Shown here: positions 1 to 7,682 of the stretch, piece after piece | Layout of the letters: every line of letters starts with the position of its first letter | Position numbering within the stretch: the first letter of the stretch is position 1 | Notes under the pieces: generated by a model | Told to the model about the DNA's origin: nothing | The model's database searches: none | The model's input: the letters and a program-made list of their open reading frames with translations, nothing else | Source: Candidatus Nitrosopumilus koreensis AR1 | GTDB taxonomy: Archaea > Thermoproteota > Nitrososphaeria > Nitrososphaerales > Nitrosopumilaceae | DNA length: 32,000 bases | Direction: 5' to 3' | Assembly: GCF_000299365.1 (NCBI RefSeq) | Contig: NC_018655.1 | Coordinates: 120,001-152,000, forward strand | Program-made: the position numbers and the translations under genes

Positions 1-1383
1 GGGGAAAATATTCTGATAAAGGATAATCGAGGTGCAATTTTAGATAACAAACTGTTTGGATATGAATCGGATTCTGGTGCAAATAGAATATTTGGACAAG
101 TTGTAATTAATGATTGGAAAAAACTTTACAGATTAGAAAAAGGAAAAATTCTAACTGATCAACGTGAAGGGCTAGATTATAATCACAAATTCAACAAACT
201 TTTAGAACAGATAATCAGAACACACCTAAAACCGATTATTGATGCTGAGAAAGAAAAACAAGGCAGTAATCCTAGGCTTGAACAAGGCTTAGACAAGAAT
301 ATCAAAAAAGCATTTGCGTTTATCAACAAAATTATGATGAAGGATCCTGATGCGGGAACTCATGAAGAAGAACTTCCTGATGTGCCCCCAGAAGGAATTG
401 AATTTTCAAAACCATCATTAACAATTCCATTTGAAAAAACAAAAAAACTCAAATTATTGTTAAATCCCGGTAGAGTTCCAACTAATTCTGAAATTGCATT
501 ACGAGTATTTGGTGAGGCAATCACAATAAGTCCTGAAAATTCCATTAGTGCTCCTGGAACATATGACGTAGATGTCCCATATGTGGAAATTGAAATTACA
601 GGAAAGAAGTTAAACGCAAGAAGTACTCTAAAGGCCTATTTTGGGGAAATGGTGGCAGAAACAGAAATTTTTGTTGTGCCAGAACAATTTTTCCAGCCAA
701 AACATGGTTTTGCATTTAAGCCCTCCAAAGCCAATTTGATTCCAAAAAAATCGCGAAAAATTAAACTTGTCATAGATACAAATCTTGTAGATCCGGGCAC
801 ACCAATAGAGATCTCTTGTGATGATGAGAGAGTTGAATTTTCACCCAAAAAACTTACTGTTACAAATCCTCCAAATCTTGGCAAATATCTCACCGAAGAA
901 ATAATAGAAATTTCATGTAGTAAACTGGGATTAAAGGCAAAGTTAGTTGCTGAAACAAAGACGAATGCAGGTGAAGACAGACAAGCAATATGTGAACTAG
1001 AAGTTAAAGAAAAAGAGCCTCCAAAACAATTTTTCAAAGACTATGAACTAGATCCTAAAGGAGAAAAAAGAGTTCGTTCAAGATTCAAAGATGGAATTAT
1101 CTATGTTCACGTAAATGCTCCTATTTTGTTATTCACTTTTGGTAGAAATCAAAAGAATCTCAGAGATAAGAAAGCAGAGGCCATCTTTATGTTGGCAGAT
1201 ACAGTTGTTCAGAGAATGGCAATGGAATGGGCAACATGGAAGGCCGATAATAATAAACTCGATATACTATCTGATAGAGCTACAGAAATTCAAGTTGAGA
1301 AAAACAGTATTGAATACGAATACGGTCTTCAAATTCATCAAATGATAGTTCAAGGATTTACAAAAAAACTAGAGGATCTTTAA
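1..1383 (+). CDS. C-terminal 460 aa of a large protein starting upstream of the window; MORC/paraMORC-like transducer segment followed by tandem beta-sandwich-like repeats
   Basis: Frame 1 is open from base 1 (GENILIKDNRGAILDNKLFGYESDSGANRIFGQVVINDW..TDQREGLDYNHKFNKLLEQII) and is continuous with the track ORF 334..1383, so the Met at 334 is internal. The N-terminal visible segment resembles the S5-like region that follows the GHKL ATPase in MORC proteins. This is a comparison from memory, not a search. Repeated motif: EFSKPSLTIPFEKTKKLKLLLNP / FAFKPSKANLIPKKSRKIKLVIDTN / VEFSPKKLTVTNPP. Confidence 0.6.
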   Translation, partial: GENILIKDNRGAILDNKLFGYESDSGANRIFGQVVINDWKKLYRLEKGKILTDQREGLDYNHKFNKLLEQIIRTHLKPIIDAEKEKQGSNPRLEQGLDKNIKKAFAFINKIMMKDPDAGTHEEELPDVPPEGIEFSKPSLTIPFEKTKKLKLLLNPGRVPTNSEIALRVFGEAITISPENSISAPGTYDVDVPYVEIEITGKKLNARSTLKAYFGEMVAETEIFVVPEQFFQPKHGFAFKPSKANLIPKKSRKIKLVIDTNLVDPGTPIEISCDDERVEFSPKKLTVTNPPNLGKYLTEEIIEISCSKLGLKAKLVAETKTNAGEDRQAICELEVKEKEPPKQFFKDYELDPKGEKRVRSRFKDGIIYVHVNAPILLFTFGRNQKNLRDKKAEAIFMLADTVVQRMAMEWATWKADNNKLDILSDRATEIQVEKNSIEYEYGLQIHQMIVQGFTKKLEDL

Positions 1384-1400
1384 TCGGTAAGGAATAAAAA

Positions 1401-1802
1401 ATGGATGCCAATCAAAAAGATTCTGCATTCCATATTGACATTAGTGATTTAGAGGAAATTGAAAAGAAAGAAAGAAAAAGAAAATACATCAATGAATATC
1501 AAAGAAAATATGCCAAAAGATCATATGTAAAAGATAAACTAAGCAAACAAAAACAAAACAAAACACTAACTGAAAAAATTAAGAAACTAGGAACAGAAGA
1601 TCCACATAGGATTTGTAAAAAATTGGGACGTACTAGAGCATACGGACGACGACATCCAGAATACTTTTACCGATGCTCAAAATGTGATGTGTCTTATTCA
1701 GATAAAGAAAAAGAGCATTTCTATAAAGAAAACAAATGCCCATGTTGCCATTTGATGTTAAGACAAAGGAAAACTGTTACTCAAAAGAAAAGTCTCAATT
1801 AA
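1401..1802 (+). CDS. Highly basic zinc-ribbon protein, 133 aa
   Basis: The ATG lies 18 nt after the upstream stop, suggesting an operon. The N-terminal half is Lys/Arg-rich. The C-terminal half carries CSKC..(18 aa)..CPCC, a four-Cys zinc-ribbon pattern. Confidence 0.6.
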   Translation: MDANQKDSAFHIDISDLEEIEKKERKRKYINEYQRKYAKRSYVKDKLSKQKQNKTLTEKIKKLGTEDPHRICKKLGRTRAYGRRHPEYFYRCSKCDVSYSDKEKEHFYKENKCPCCHLMLRQRKTVTQKKSLN

Positions 1803-1909
1803 AGATCTAGTTATAAGTAACATTCAAAAATATGATATTCATACTTAGAGGCATACTAATAAGAATAGTTTGTAGATACACCTGCAGGAGGAGCCTCATC
1901 TCAAAATAA

Positions 1910-2386
1910 TTAGAATCGAACACTTCCTTGTTCATCAAAATCAAGATTAGAATTTATCTTTGCAATTATAGCTGAAATCAATACCAGAACTACACCTACA
2001 TAAAATATCTCAGGTATCCAATCAAGTGTAATTCTAAAGATAAGAATTATCCAACCTATGAAACCAGTTATAGATACAAACAATCCAATTATGCCAAGTC
2101 GAAAAATTGCATATAGCAAAACAATGAGTTCAAGAATTCCAGCAATGGCTGAAACAGGTTGGAATACATTAGCCCAAAACCATATCAGAGTCTCATTTCC
2201 AAGTGATTTGATTAGTTCCCCAAGAAAGATTTCATTTATTGTAGCAGGATCGATATCATGTCCAAATTGTACAATCACATAAAGTGAAATTGCAGAGAAC
2301 AAACTAAACAAAAAAACTTTATACGGATCATCGAGTTCTTTTATCCATTCAATAAACTCTACAATAGAAGGTTCACGTTTACTCAT
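1910..2386 (-). CDS. Integral membrane protein, about 4 TM helices, 158 aa
   Basis: Hydrophobic segments: VFLFSLFSAISLYVIVQF, LIWFWANVFQPVSAIAGILELIVLLYAIF, LGIIGLFVSITGFIGWIILIF and IFYVGVVLVLISAIIA. It is the last gene of the co-directional minus-strand cassette. Confidence 0.6.
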   Translation of the reverse strand: MSKREPSIVEFIEWIKELDDPYKVFLFSLFSAISLYVIVQFGHDIDPATINEIFLGELIKSLGNETLIWFWANVFQPVSAIAGILELIVLLYAIFRLGIIGLFVSITGFIGWIILIFRITLDWIPEIFYVGVVLVLISAIIAKINSNLDFDEQGSVRF

Positions 2387-2467
2387 ATTGAAACAGCATA
2401 TGTTAAGATAAGAGGTTCATAAATGATTCCAACCTGTTAGTCTTGCAGTAGAGAAAGAATTTGAAAA

Positions 2468-2896
2468 TTATTTAGATTTTTTTAGTTGATCAACATCTTT
2501 TCTCAATTGAGTAAAATCATGGTTTAATTTTTCATATTTTTTGTCATTTTCTTCATTAGTAACAAATTGATTATAGAATAACAATATTGAACTTCCGGTC
2601 CCCCATGCAACAAAAAATAATGAAAGAATTAATTCCACAGCAGTTTGGCTTTGAGAGAGTGCCCACATTCCCATAGGCGTGACAACAAGACTAATCATTA
2701 ACATCTTATAGAGATTTTTCTTTTCTGTTCTTTTGTACCAGGAAATCCCATCTTGTAACCCCAACGGATTATTATAATATCCTGGATGGTTTGCAGGAAA
2801 AATCTTCATGTAAAAATTATCAAATGAATGTAAGGCTTTTGAGAGTTTTAGTTTAATTTCAAATTTATGTTTTTTTGGAGTTGTGATGGCACTCAT
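2468..2896 (-). CDS. 2-TM protein with a C-terminal coiled-coil tail, 142 aa; architecture reminiscent of SLATT-type 2-TM effectors
   Basis: A soluble N-terminus of about 60 aa ends in ISWYKRTEKKNLY. Two hydrophobic helices follow (MLMISLVVTPMGMWAL and AVELILSLFFVAWGTGSSILLFY), then EENDKKYEKLNHDFTQLRKDVDQLKKSK. It lies immediately downstream of the cyclase-like gene. Confidence 0.55.
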   Translation of the reverse strand: MSAITTPKKHKFEIKLKLSKALHSFDNFYMKIFPANHPGYYNNPLGLQDGISWYKRTEKKNLYKMLMISLVVTPMGMWALSQSQTAVELILSLFFVAWGTGSSILLFYNQFVTNEENDKKYEKLNHDFTQLRKDVDQLKKSK

Positions 2897-2992
2897 GTTA
2901 TTCTATTAGTAAAACTAATTTTTAATGTTTATTGCAATAAAAATTGAATCAAATCTTTTACTCTTAGTTGGTAATGATGATATGTAGAAAAT

Positions 2993-3781
2993 TTAGTTAT
3001 TATTTTGAATATGTTCAACAAATGCTAATGTATTACGTATTTTCAGGGTAGGTTCAATTCCAGGATTTTCATTTAGTTGTGCTTGAAGTATTTGATTGAC
3101 ATTTTTAGAGGAGTCAACCTTATGCCAGATATTATTTTCATCCGTAATTTCGCCCATAGATCTATGAGTATTCATTATTCCCTCATACGATTTGATAAAA
3201 TTAATCCCATAACCGTTTTTTTCAGTTAACCCTTTCAAGGGAACATCATATGGTGTAATGTACACGTTTTCATTGTAATCTTCATTATCTGCAGATAAAC
3301 TTGCATTTCTAGAAGCAATAATATTTGCAGATGGTGCTAATGAAACACCAATCCATTGGGATTGTTCATAGTATTCTGCAGCTTCAAACATAATCTTTCC
3401 TGTAAGTGCTCTATCATTTTCATAATAATCCCCATACGCAATACAACCACGAAATGGAATATTGAGACATAGTCCTAATGCCAGTAAATAGGATGCAGCA
3501 CTTGAAGCAAATTTTAGCAACACATGATCACCCCAATCCTGGGTTTTGAGTGGAATTTCAGGATCAGGTGAAAAAGACATCAGAACAGTATCGGAAAATG
3601 ATCTAATTTTCATCAACATTCCGACCTCTTTTGCAGTGTCTGCATTTTTTTCCATGAATTGCAGAATTTGTTCCCATTCATTGAATAGGAAATTCTCTTG
3701 ATCTTTATTCCATCTAGCTTTTGTTCCTAAAGCATCCAGTAGAACTATTGCTCCTCTTTTCATAGATTGTACAGCAGACAT
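2993..3781 (-). CDS. Palm-domain nucleotide-cyclase-like protein (class III cyclase / GGDEF superfamily pattern), 262 aa
   Basis: Motifs occur in the same order as in class III cyclases. AIVLLDALGTK (D16) matches the beta1 metal-binding Asp. KIRSFSDTVLMSF (D64) matches the second metal Asp and the RxGGDEF position. IPFRGCIAYGDYY matches lRiGihtG. GKIMFEAAEYYEQSQWIGVSLAPS matches the GdtVNlAaRle...i.vs helix-strand. The canonical Asn/Arg pair in that helix is absent. Confidence 0.45.
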   Translation of the reverse strand: MSAVQSMKRGAIVLLDALGTKARWNKDQENFLFNEWEQILQFMEKNADTAKEVGMLMKIRSFSDTVLMSFSPDPEIPLKTQDWGDHVLLKFASSAASYLLALGLCLNIPFRGCIAYGDYYENDRALTGKIMFEAAEYYEQSQWIGVSLAPSANIIASRNASLSADNEDYNENVYITPYDVPLKGLTEKNGYGINFIKSYEGIMNTHRSMGEITDENNIWHKVDSSKNVNQILQAQLNENPGIEPTLKIRNTLAFVEHIQNNN

Positions 3782-3871
3782 ACAAAATACAATGAAAAAT
3801 GACTATTTATTTTGAATTCTTATAAAATCAAGATATATTTCTGATGAAACCTTTTACTCTTGCAGTCTAAA

Positions 3872-4468
3872 CTATCTTAATTTCGGAATGCTTCTGAAGT
3901 AATACTTGGAGGTGTCTTTAGATAAACAACATACAGCCTTTTCAATTGGTGTGAATTCCTTCTTTTTCTCAATAAAATAATACATGTATGTTAGTAAAGC
4001 CCTATGAACTCCGTCCATTAACATGAATGGACCTTCTGGGGATGTCCCACCAATCATCCAAGAATATCGTCGTGCAATTTCAGGATCATATTCTTGGAGA
4101 GTGGACTTCATCCAATCCATTCCTTTAGAAAAGTTAGAAAAATGGTTTTTATCATATTCAGAATTCCAGTTTTGTTGTTCAGAATTGGGTAGCCAAACAA
4201 AATCTGCAGAATGGAGAAGTTTTGCATAATGTGACAGTTGTGTTATGTCCGAGTCAAACAATGACCAACCATATCTTTTACCATAAGGACCAATTTTGTC
4301 ATTGTAATAGATATGTAGATTGTTTTCAAAATCAGATTCATTCAGAGTAACATAAAAGAATCTGACTTCATTTCCCAGATTGTTGAAAACAGATTGTTTT
4401 GAGAATTTTGGATCATAATCTACCTGAAATGCTTGTTCTCTAGAAATTTCCTCCAGAAAATGGGGCAT
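3872..4468 (-). CDS. Hypothetical protein with a ParB/sulfiredoxin-like DGxHR motif, 198 aa
   Basis: The C-terminal segment EGPFMLMDGVHRALLTYMYY matches the ..y.l.DGhHRl.A.. core of ParB-like nuclease/NTPase domains. The rest is unrecognised. It is the first gene downstream of the integrase, on the same strand. Confidence 0.4.
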   Translation of the reverse strand: MPHFLEEISREQAFQVDYDPKFSKQSVFNNLGNEVRFFYVTLNESDFENNLHIYYNDKIGPYGKRYGWSLFDSDITQLSHYAKLLHSADFVWLPNSEQQNWNSEYDKNHFSNFSKGMDWMKSTLQEYDPEIARRYSWMIGGTSPEGPFMLMDGVHRALLTYMYYFIEKKKEFTPIEKAVCCLSKDTSKYYFRSIPKLR

Positions 4469-4583
4469 ACAAAATCATAATTTTAGACATTATTTTCATT
4501 ATCGGTCAAATGGCGACTACTTGTTATCCTCTCTAACAACGTGTTCCTAATCAAATTTGAACCAAATGTTCGTTCTGAATAAA

Positions 4584-5801
4584 TTATTGAATGATTTCTA
4601 AGACTTTTTCAGGTGGAATTTGACCATAACTCTTCTTTAACTCATCTATAGTATGCCAGCCTCCCACCTCTGCAATGATTCCATAGTTGTAATTGGTTTT
4701 AGACAACCAATAATGAGCACCCAAATGTCGCAGAACATGTGAAGGACGAGTTAGAAAATATGTTTCATTTTTTCCTAAATCTTGAAAAATTTCAACGAGT
4801 TGTCGATTGATGGTTTTTTTGAAAGCATGTTCTGCAAGTGATGACTCGACAATTCTATCGCAGTTTCTATCTTTTAATAATTTCAAACTTTTTTGAGTAT
4901 CTTCTCTTGTAATGTACTTTATCCATTTTCCTCCACGGATATTTTCAGTCTTTGATTCAATCACAGACATAAGAAATATGGTGTCATCATGTTTTGTTTT
5001 TAGTTCTGTCCAATCATTTTTCATGTTGTACAGAGCACCAAATCGTGCACAAGATTCGATTCCAACCCAGAACCACCTGTATACATCTGAATCTAAACCC
5101 CATTTTTCCTTGATGAACTTGTCTGCTGCATCAAACTCTTCTTGTGTGAATCTAATGTCTGCATATTTTCCATGATGGGGAACTTTTTGAGACATTACTC
5201 CTGAAACACCTTTTCTCCAGGTAATATCGTAAAACGAACAAAAGTCTCTTACTGCTTGTGCTTTGTGGTAGACGGTAGTATTCTTTCCGGTAGGTTTGCA
5301 TCCACGATTAGAGCATACAACATCACCGTTTTGGAAATGCTTTGCAAACGTTCTCATGATTTTTTCAGTTTTCTTTGCAGAGATTGTCAGATCATAGGGA
5401 GTTACCTTGCAGGTATTGCAAACAATCTCAAGGGAGCGTAGTCTGTTTCTCCAGGACTTTAGTGGCATTCCTTGCTTTCTTGTCAGCATGTCATCCATCC
5501 ATTCAGAGACAAGGGGGTCAGATGTGATGGAATGGTGTTTGTTGAACTCCCGGAACTCTTGGTCTTTTGATTTTGGCAAAAAGAAATGGCCTGACCTTAG
5601 GCGGACCATCTCTCCTCTCTGCGATAATAACTTGATGTAATTGTAGACGGACTGTCTGGCGATTCCAAGTGCCTTTGCAATCTCTGGTGGCTTTAGCGGG
5701 TAGGGCCTGTTTCCCTTGGCGTAAAGCAATCTATGGATTTCCTCTAGAATGTCATCTTGTGATGCTTTCTTGCCGTAGAGGGTTATCTTTCGACGTGCCA
5801 T
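4584..5801 (-). CDS. Tyrosine recombinase / phage-type integrase with an N-terminal wHTH, 405 aa
   Basis: N-terminal HTH: PEIAKALGIARQSVYNYIKLLSQRGE. Catalytic-domain signature: CARFGALYNM (Arg box), SHVLRHLGAHYW (HxxR), GGWHT, and KKSYGQ (Tyr nucleophile) near the C-terminus. Confidence 0.85.
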   Translation of the reverse strand: MARRKITLYGKKASQDDILEEIHRLLYAKGNRPYPLKPPEIAKALGIARQSVYNYIKLLSQRGEMVRLRSGHFFLPKSKDQEFREFNKHHSITSDPLVSEWMDDMLTRKQGMPLKSWRNRLRSLEIVCNTCKVTPYDLTISAKKTEKIMRTFAKHFQNGDVVCSNRGCKPTGKNTTVYHKAQAVRDFCSFYDITWRKGVSGVMSQKVPHHGKYADIRFTQEEFDAADKFIKEKWGLDSDVYRWFWVGIESCARFGALYNMKNDWTELKTKHDDTIFLMSVIESKTENIRGGKWIKYITREDTQKSLKLLKDRNCDRIVESSLAEHAFKKTINRQLVEIFQDLGKNETYFLTRPSHVLRHLGAHYWLSKTNYNYGIIAEVGGWHTIDELKKSYGQIPPEKVLEIIQ

Positions 5802-5946
5802 TACTCTGCAGGCAAGTCTCGAAAAAATTTTTGAAAGCGGAAACTATGGGATGTTTGTGCAATTAGCATTAATCTAATTGGACAAACTTCATGTTTTTAA
5901 AATTAAATGCAAATATACCCGGATGACTAATAATATTGGACAAACC

Positions 5947-5966
5947 TTTAGGGGTTAACCCCTAAA
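5947..5966. repeat. 20-bp perfect palindrome TTTAGGGGTTAACCCCTAAA
   Basis: Read directly; the sequence equals its own reverse complement. It is flanked upstream by two copies of ATTGGACAAAC (5877..5887 and 5934..5944). It lies in the 430-bp non-coding region upstream of the integrase. Confidence 0.9.
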
Positions 5967-6233
5967 AAAACAAACAATGTTAAAATAATTTTTAATTATT
6001 TTAGACTATTTTAGAAACAGGCATTCAAGAATAAAATTCCGTCCAACTAAATTTTCTCTATCAAAATTTCATCTTAGCAGATTTCCTATCTTGTCAAACC
6101 AAAACTACCTAGAGCCACTCAAGACATGAAATACTATGAAAACATCTAGAATGATAACAAAGACAAACAAAAGAATGTGGCAGTCAGATGACTTTGCATT
6201 GTACTGTTTTTGATTAAAATATTTTCTTGCTGC

Positions 6234-6473
6234 CTAGATTTCCTTAATCTCTGTAATGGTCCCTTGAACAGAATCCATCTTGATTATTGCCTTTTTCTCG
6301 CCCCAACCTAATGCAACATACCAGTCTCCTGCATCTTCATGATACTTTGTTTCCAGAGTTTGAATGGTATCTGGTGCAGCGTTGTATTTTTTTGCAATGC
6401 CTGATACTGCAAGGGCTATTGCATCCTTTTCTTTTTCCAACCTTCTCTTCATTAATCCAATTCCAGGACTCAT
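6234..6473 (-). CDS. Small hypothetical protein, 79 aa
   Basis: An ORF with non-repetitive, plausible composition. No recognisable motif. Confidence 0.5.
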   Translation of the reverse strand: MSPGIGLMKRRLEKEKDAIALAVSGIAKKYNAAPDTIQTLETKYHEDAGDWYVALGWGEKKAIIKMDSVQGTITEIKEI

Positions 6474-6590
6474 GGAGTAACTAGATCATGTCATCTAATA
6501 TAGTTAATTCATAATATTGGCCATAATGTCGAATTTTTCTAATTGACACTTACAATATTTCAAATAACCCAATTACGTTATAGGAATAAA

Positions 6591-7184
6591 ATGAAACTAA
6601 CTCAAAGACTTTCAAACTCTGCAATAGCAAAATCAGGCACGCTTGTTTCGCTAGTTTCTATTTTCTCTATGGTTGGTCCAATCATAATTGTTTCAGCAGG
6701 ATTCTGGGATGCAATTTCCCATATTCTAAAAGAACCAGAGTTCTTTTGGAGCCCTTCTCACATTGTAGTCTACTCTGGTGTCTCGATGACTGCCTGTGCT
6801 GCAATTATGGGAAGCATACTGATAATCCGAAAATCGGTTCATCGTTCTCTTAAAACTGGAATCAAACTGGTAATTGTTGGCTCCCTTCTACAGATTGTTT
6901 CAGGCTTTGGCGATTCTCTGTCCCATGATCTTTTTGGAATTGATGGATTAATCTCCTGGTCCCACCAACCTCTGGAGATAGGACTTTTACTTGCATCATT
7001 AGGTGCAGTTTTGATTTTAAAAAATAGAGAACATACAAAACTCAAAATATTTCTTCCATTCTCTATAGTAACGTTTTTGTTTTTTACTACTTGGCTGATT
7101 TTTAATTTTGTATTGATTTTTGGGCATACCATTCAATGTATTCAGATCTATGAGATATTCTCTTCAGGTTGCTCAATACTATAG
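6591..7184 (+). CDS. Integral membrane protein, about 5-6 TM helices
   Basis: I prefer the ATG at 6591 (MKLTQRLSN...) over the track's TTG at 6543. Several hydrophobic helices, with His-containing loops (WDAISH, DSLSHD, SWSHQP). Confidence 0.6.
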   Translation: MKLTQRLSNSAIAKSGTLVSLVSIFSMVGPIIIVSAGFWDAISHILKEPEFFWSPSHIVVYSGVSMTACAAIMGSILIIRKSVHRSLKTGIKLVIVGSLLQIVSGFGDSLSHDLFGIDGLISWSHQPLEIGLLLASLGAVLILKNREHTKLKIFLPFSIVTFLFFTTWLIFNFVLIFGHTIQCIQIYEIFSSGCSIL

Positions 7185-7639
7185 TTTTTAATTTTGAAAA
7201 ATGAAATAATCAACATTACGATGGCACCAACAAAAATCATTAGCCCTGATGGCACCATTTCCTGAGAATTTGTATCCCCCAATTCTATCTGCACATAAAT
7301 TGAATTTTTTGCAATGTTGGTAATTTTTATGGTATGTTTGCCGTCCTCTTTAAAATCAAAATATCCTACTGACATTTTTGTTTGAACCATTTGTTCTTGA
7401 ATCACGTTGTCTCTGGGATCTAGTATCTGAACAAATACCTCCTCTCCTGAGAATTCAGGTATGTATAATTTGAAATATCCAATACCCATACCAAAAAATT
7501 CTGACTCTGTCTCAAATGAATTAGATTGTTTTAGTACAATTGAATCGTATTTTTTTTCAGTCTCATCAAAAACATACGCTGTCCAAATCATTCCTACAAT
7601 TACCAATGCTAATCCAAGTTTGAATGGAGATATTCTCAT
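7148..7639 (-). CDS. Membrane-anchored protein with N- and C-terminal TM helices and a beta-rich middle, 163 aa
   Basis: N-terminal FKLGLALVIVGMIWTAYVF and C-terminal LMIFVGAIVMLIISFF helices. Its 3' end overlaps the convergent gene by 37 nt. Confidence 0.55.
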   Translation of the reverse strand: MRISPFKLGLALVIVGMIWTAYVFDETEKKYDSIVLKQSNSFETESEFFGMGIGYFKLYIPEFSGEEVFVQILDPRDNVIQEQMVQTKMSVGYFDFKEDGKHTIKITNIAKNSIYVQIELGDTNSQEMVPSGLMIFVGAIVMLIISFFKIKNYSIEQPEENIS

Positions 7640-7682
7640 TTCATCATGCAGAGAAATTATTTGCTTAATAAGATAATCTAAA

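Larger units (their letters stand above)
1..6233. mobile_element. Partial integrated mobile element or defence island; left end lies outside the window and the right boundary is uncertain (it could extend to the tRNA-Arg 3' end at 7683)
   Basis: A tyrosine integrase (4584..5801) sits next to a long non-coding AT-rich stretch containing a palindrome and direct repeats. The cargo is orphan-looking genes with conflict-system motifs. Recognisable housekeeping genes start only to the right. Confidence 0.45.

Noticed and set aside
360-1345. Track ORFs 360..545(-), 636..1037(-) and 1115..1345(+) lying inside the large plus-strand gene
   Set aside because: They are antisense or alternative-frame shadows of a long, continuous frame-1 CDS. 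Their translations are low-complexity (Ser/Phe/Ile-rich) with no motifs.
5400-5830. Possibility that the GC-rich part of the integrase gene hides a tRNA fragment (SSV-style attP)
   Set aside because: I looked for T-arm (GGTTCGAATCC-like) or acceptor-like segments on both strands and saw none. I kept only the compositional observation.
4912-5866. Plus-strand ORFs 4912..5175, 5256..5441, 5407..5640 and 5669..5866 opposite the integrase
   Set aside because: All are embedded antisense to a well-supported 405-aa integrase with catalytic motifs. They are typical shadow ORFs.
6543-6590. TTG start at 6543 for the membrane protein
   Set aside because: The ATG at 6591 gives a normal charged N-terminus before the first TM helix. 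The upstream 16 codons look like AT-rich leader sequence.
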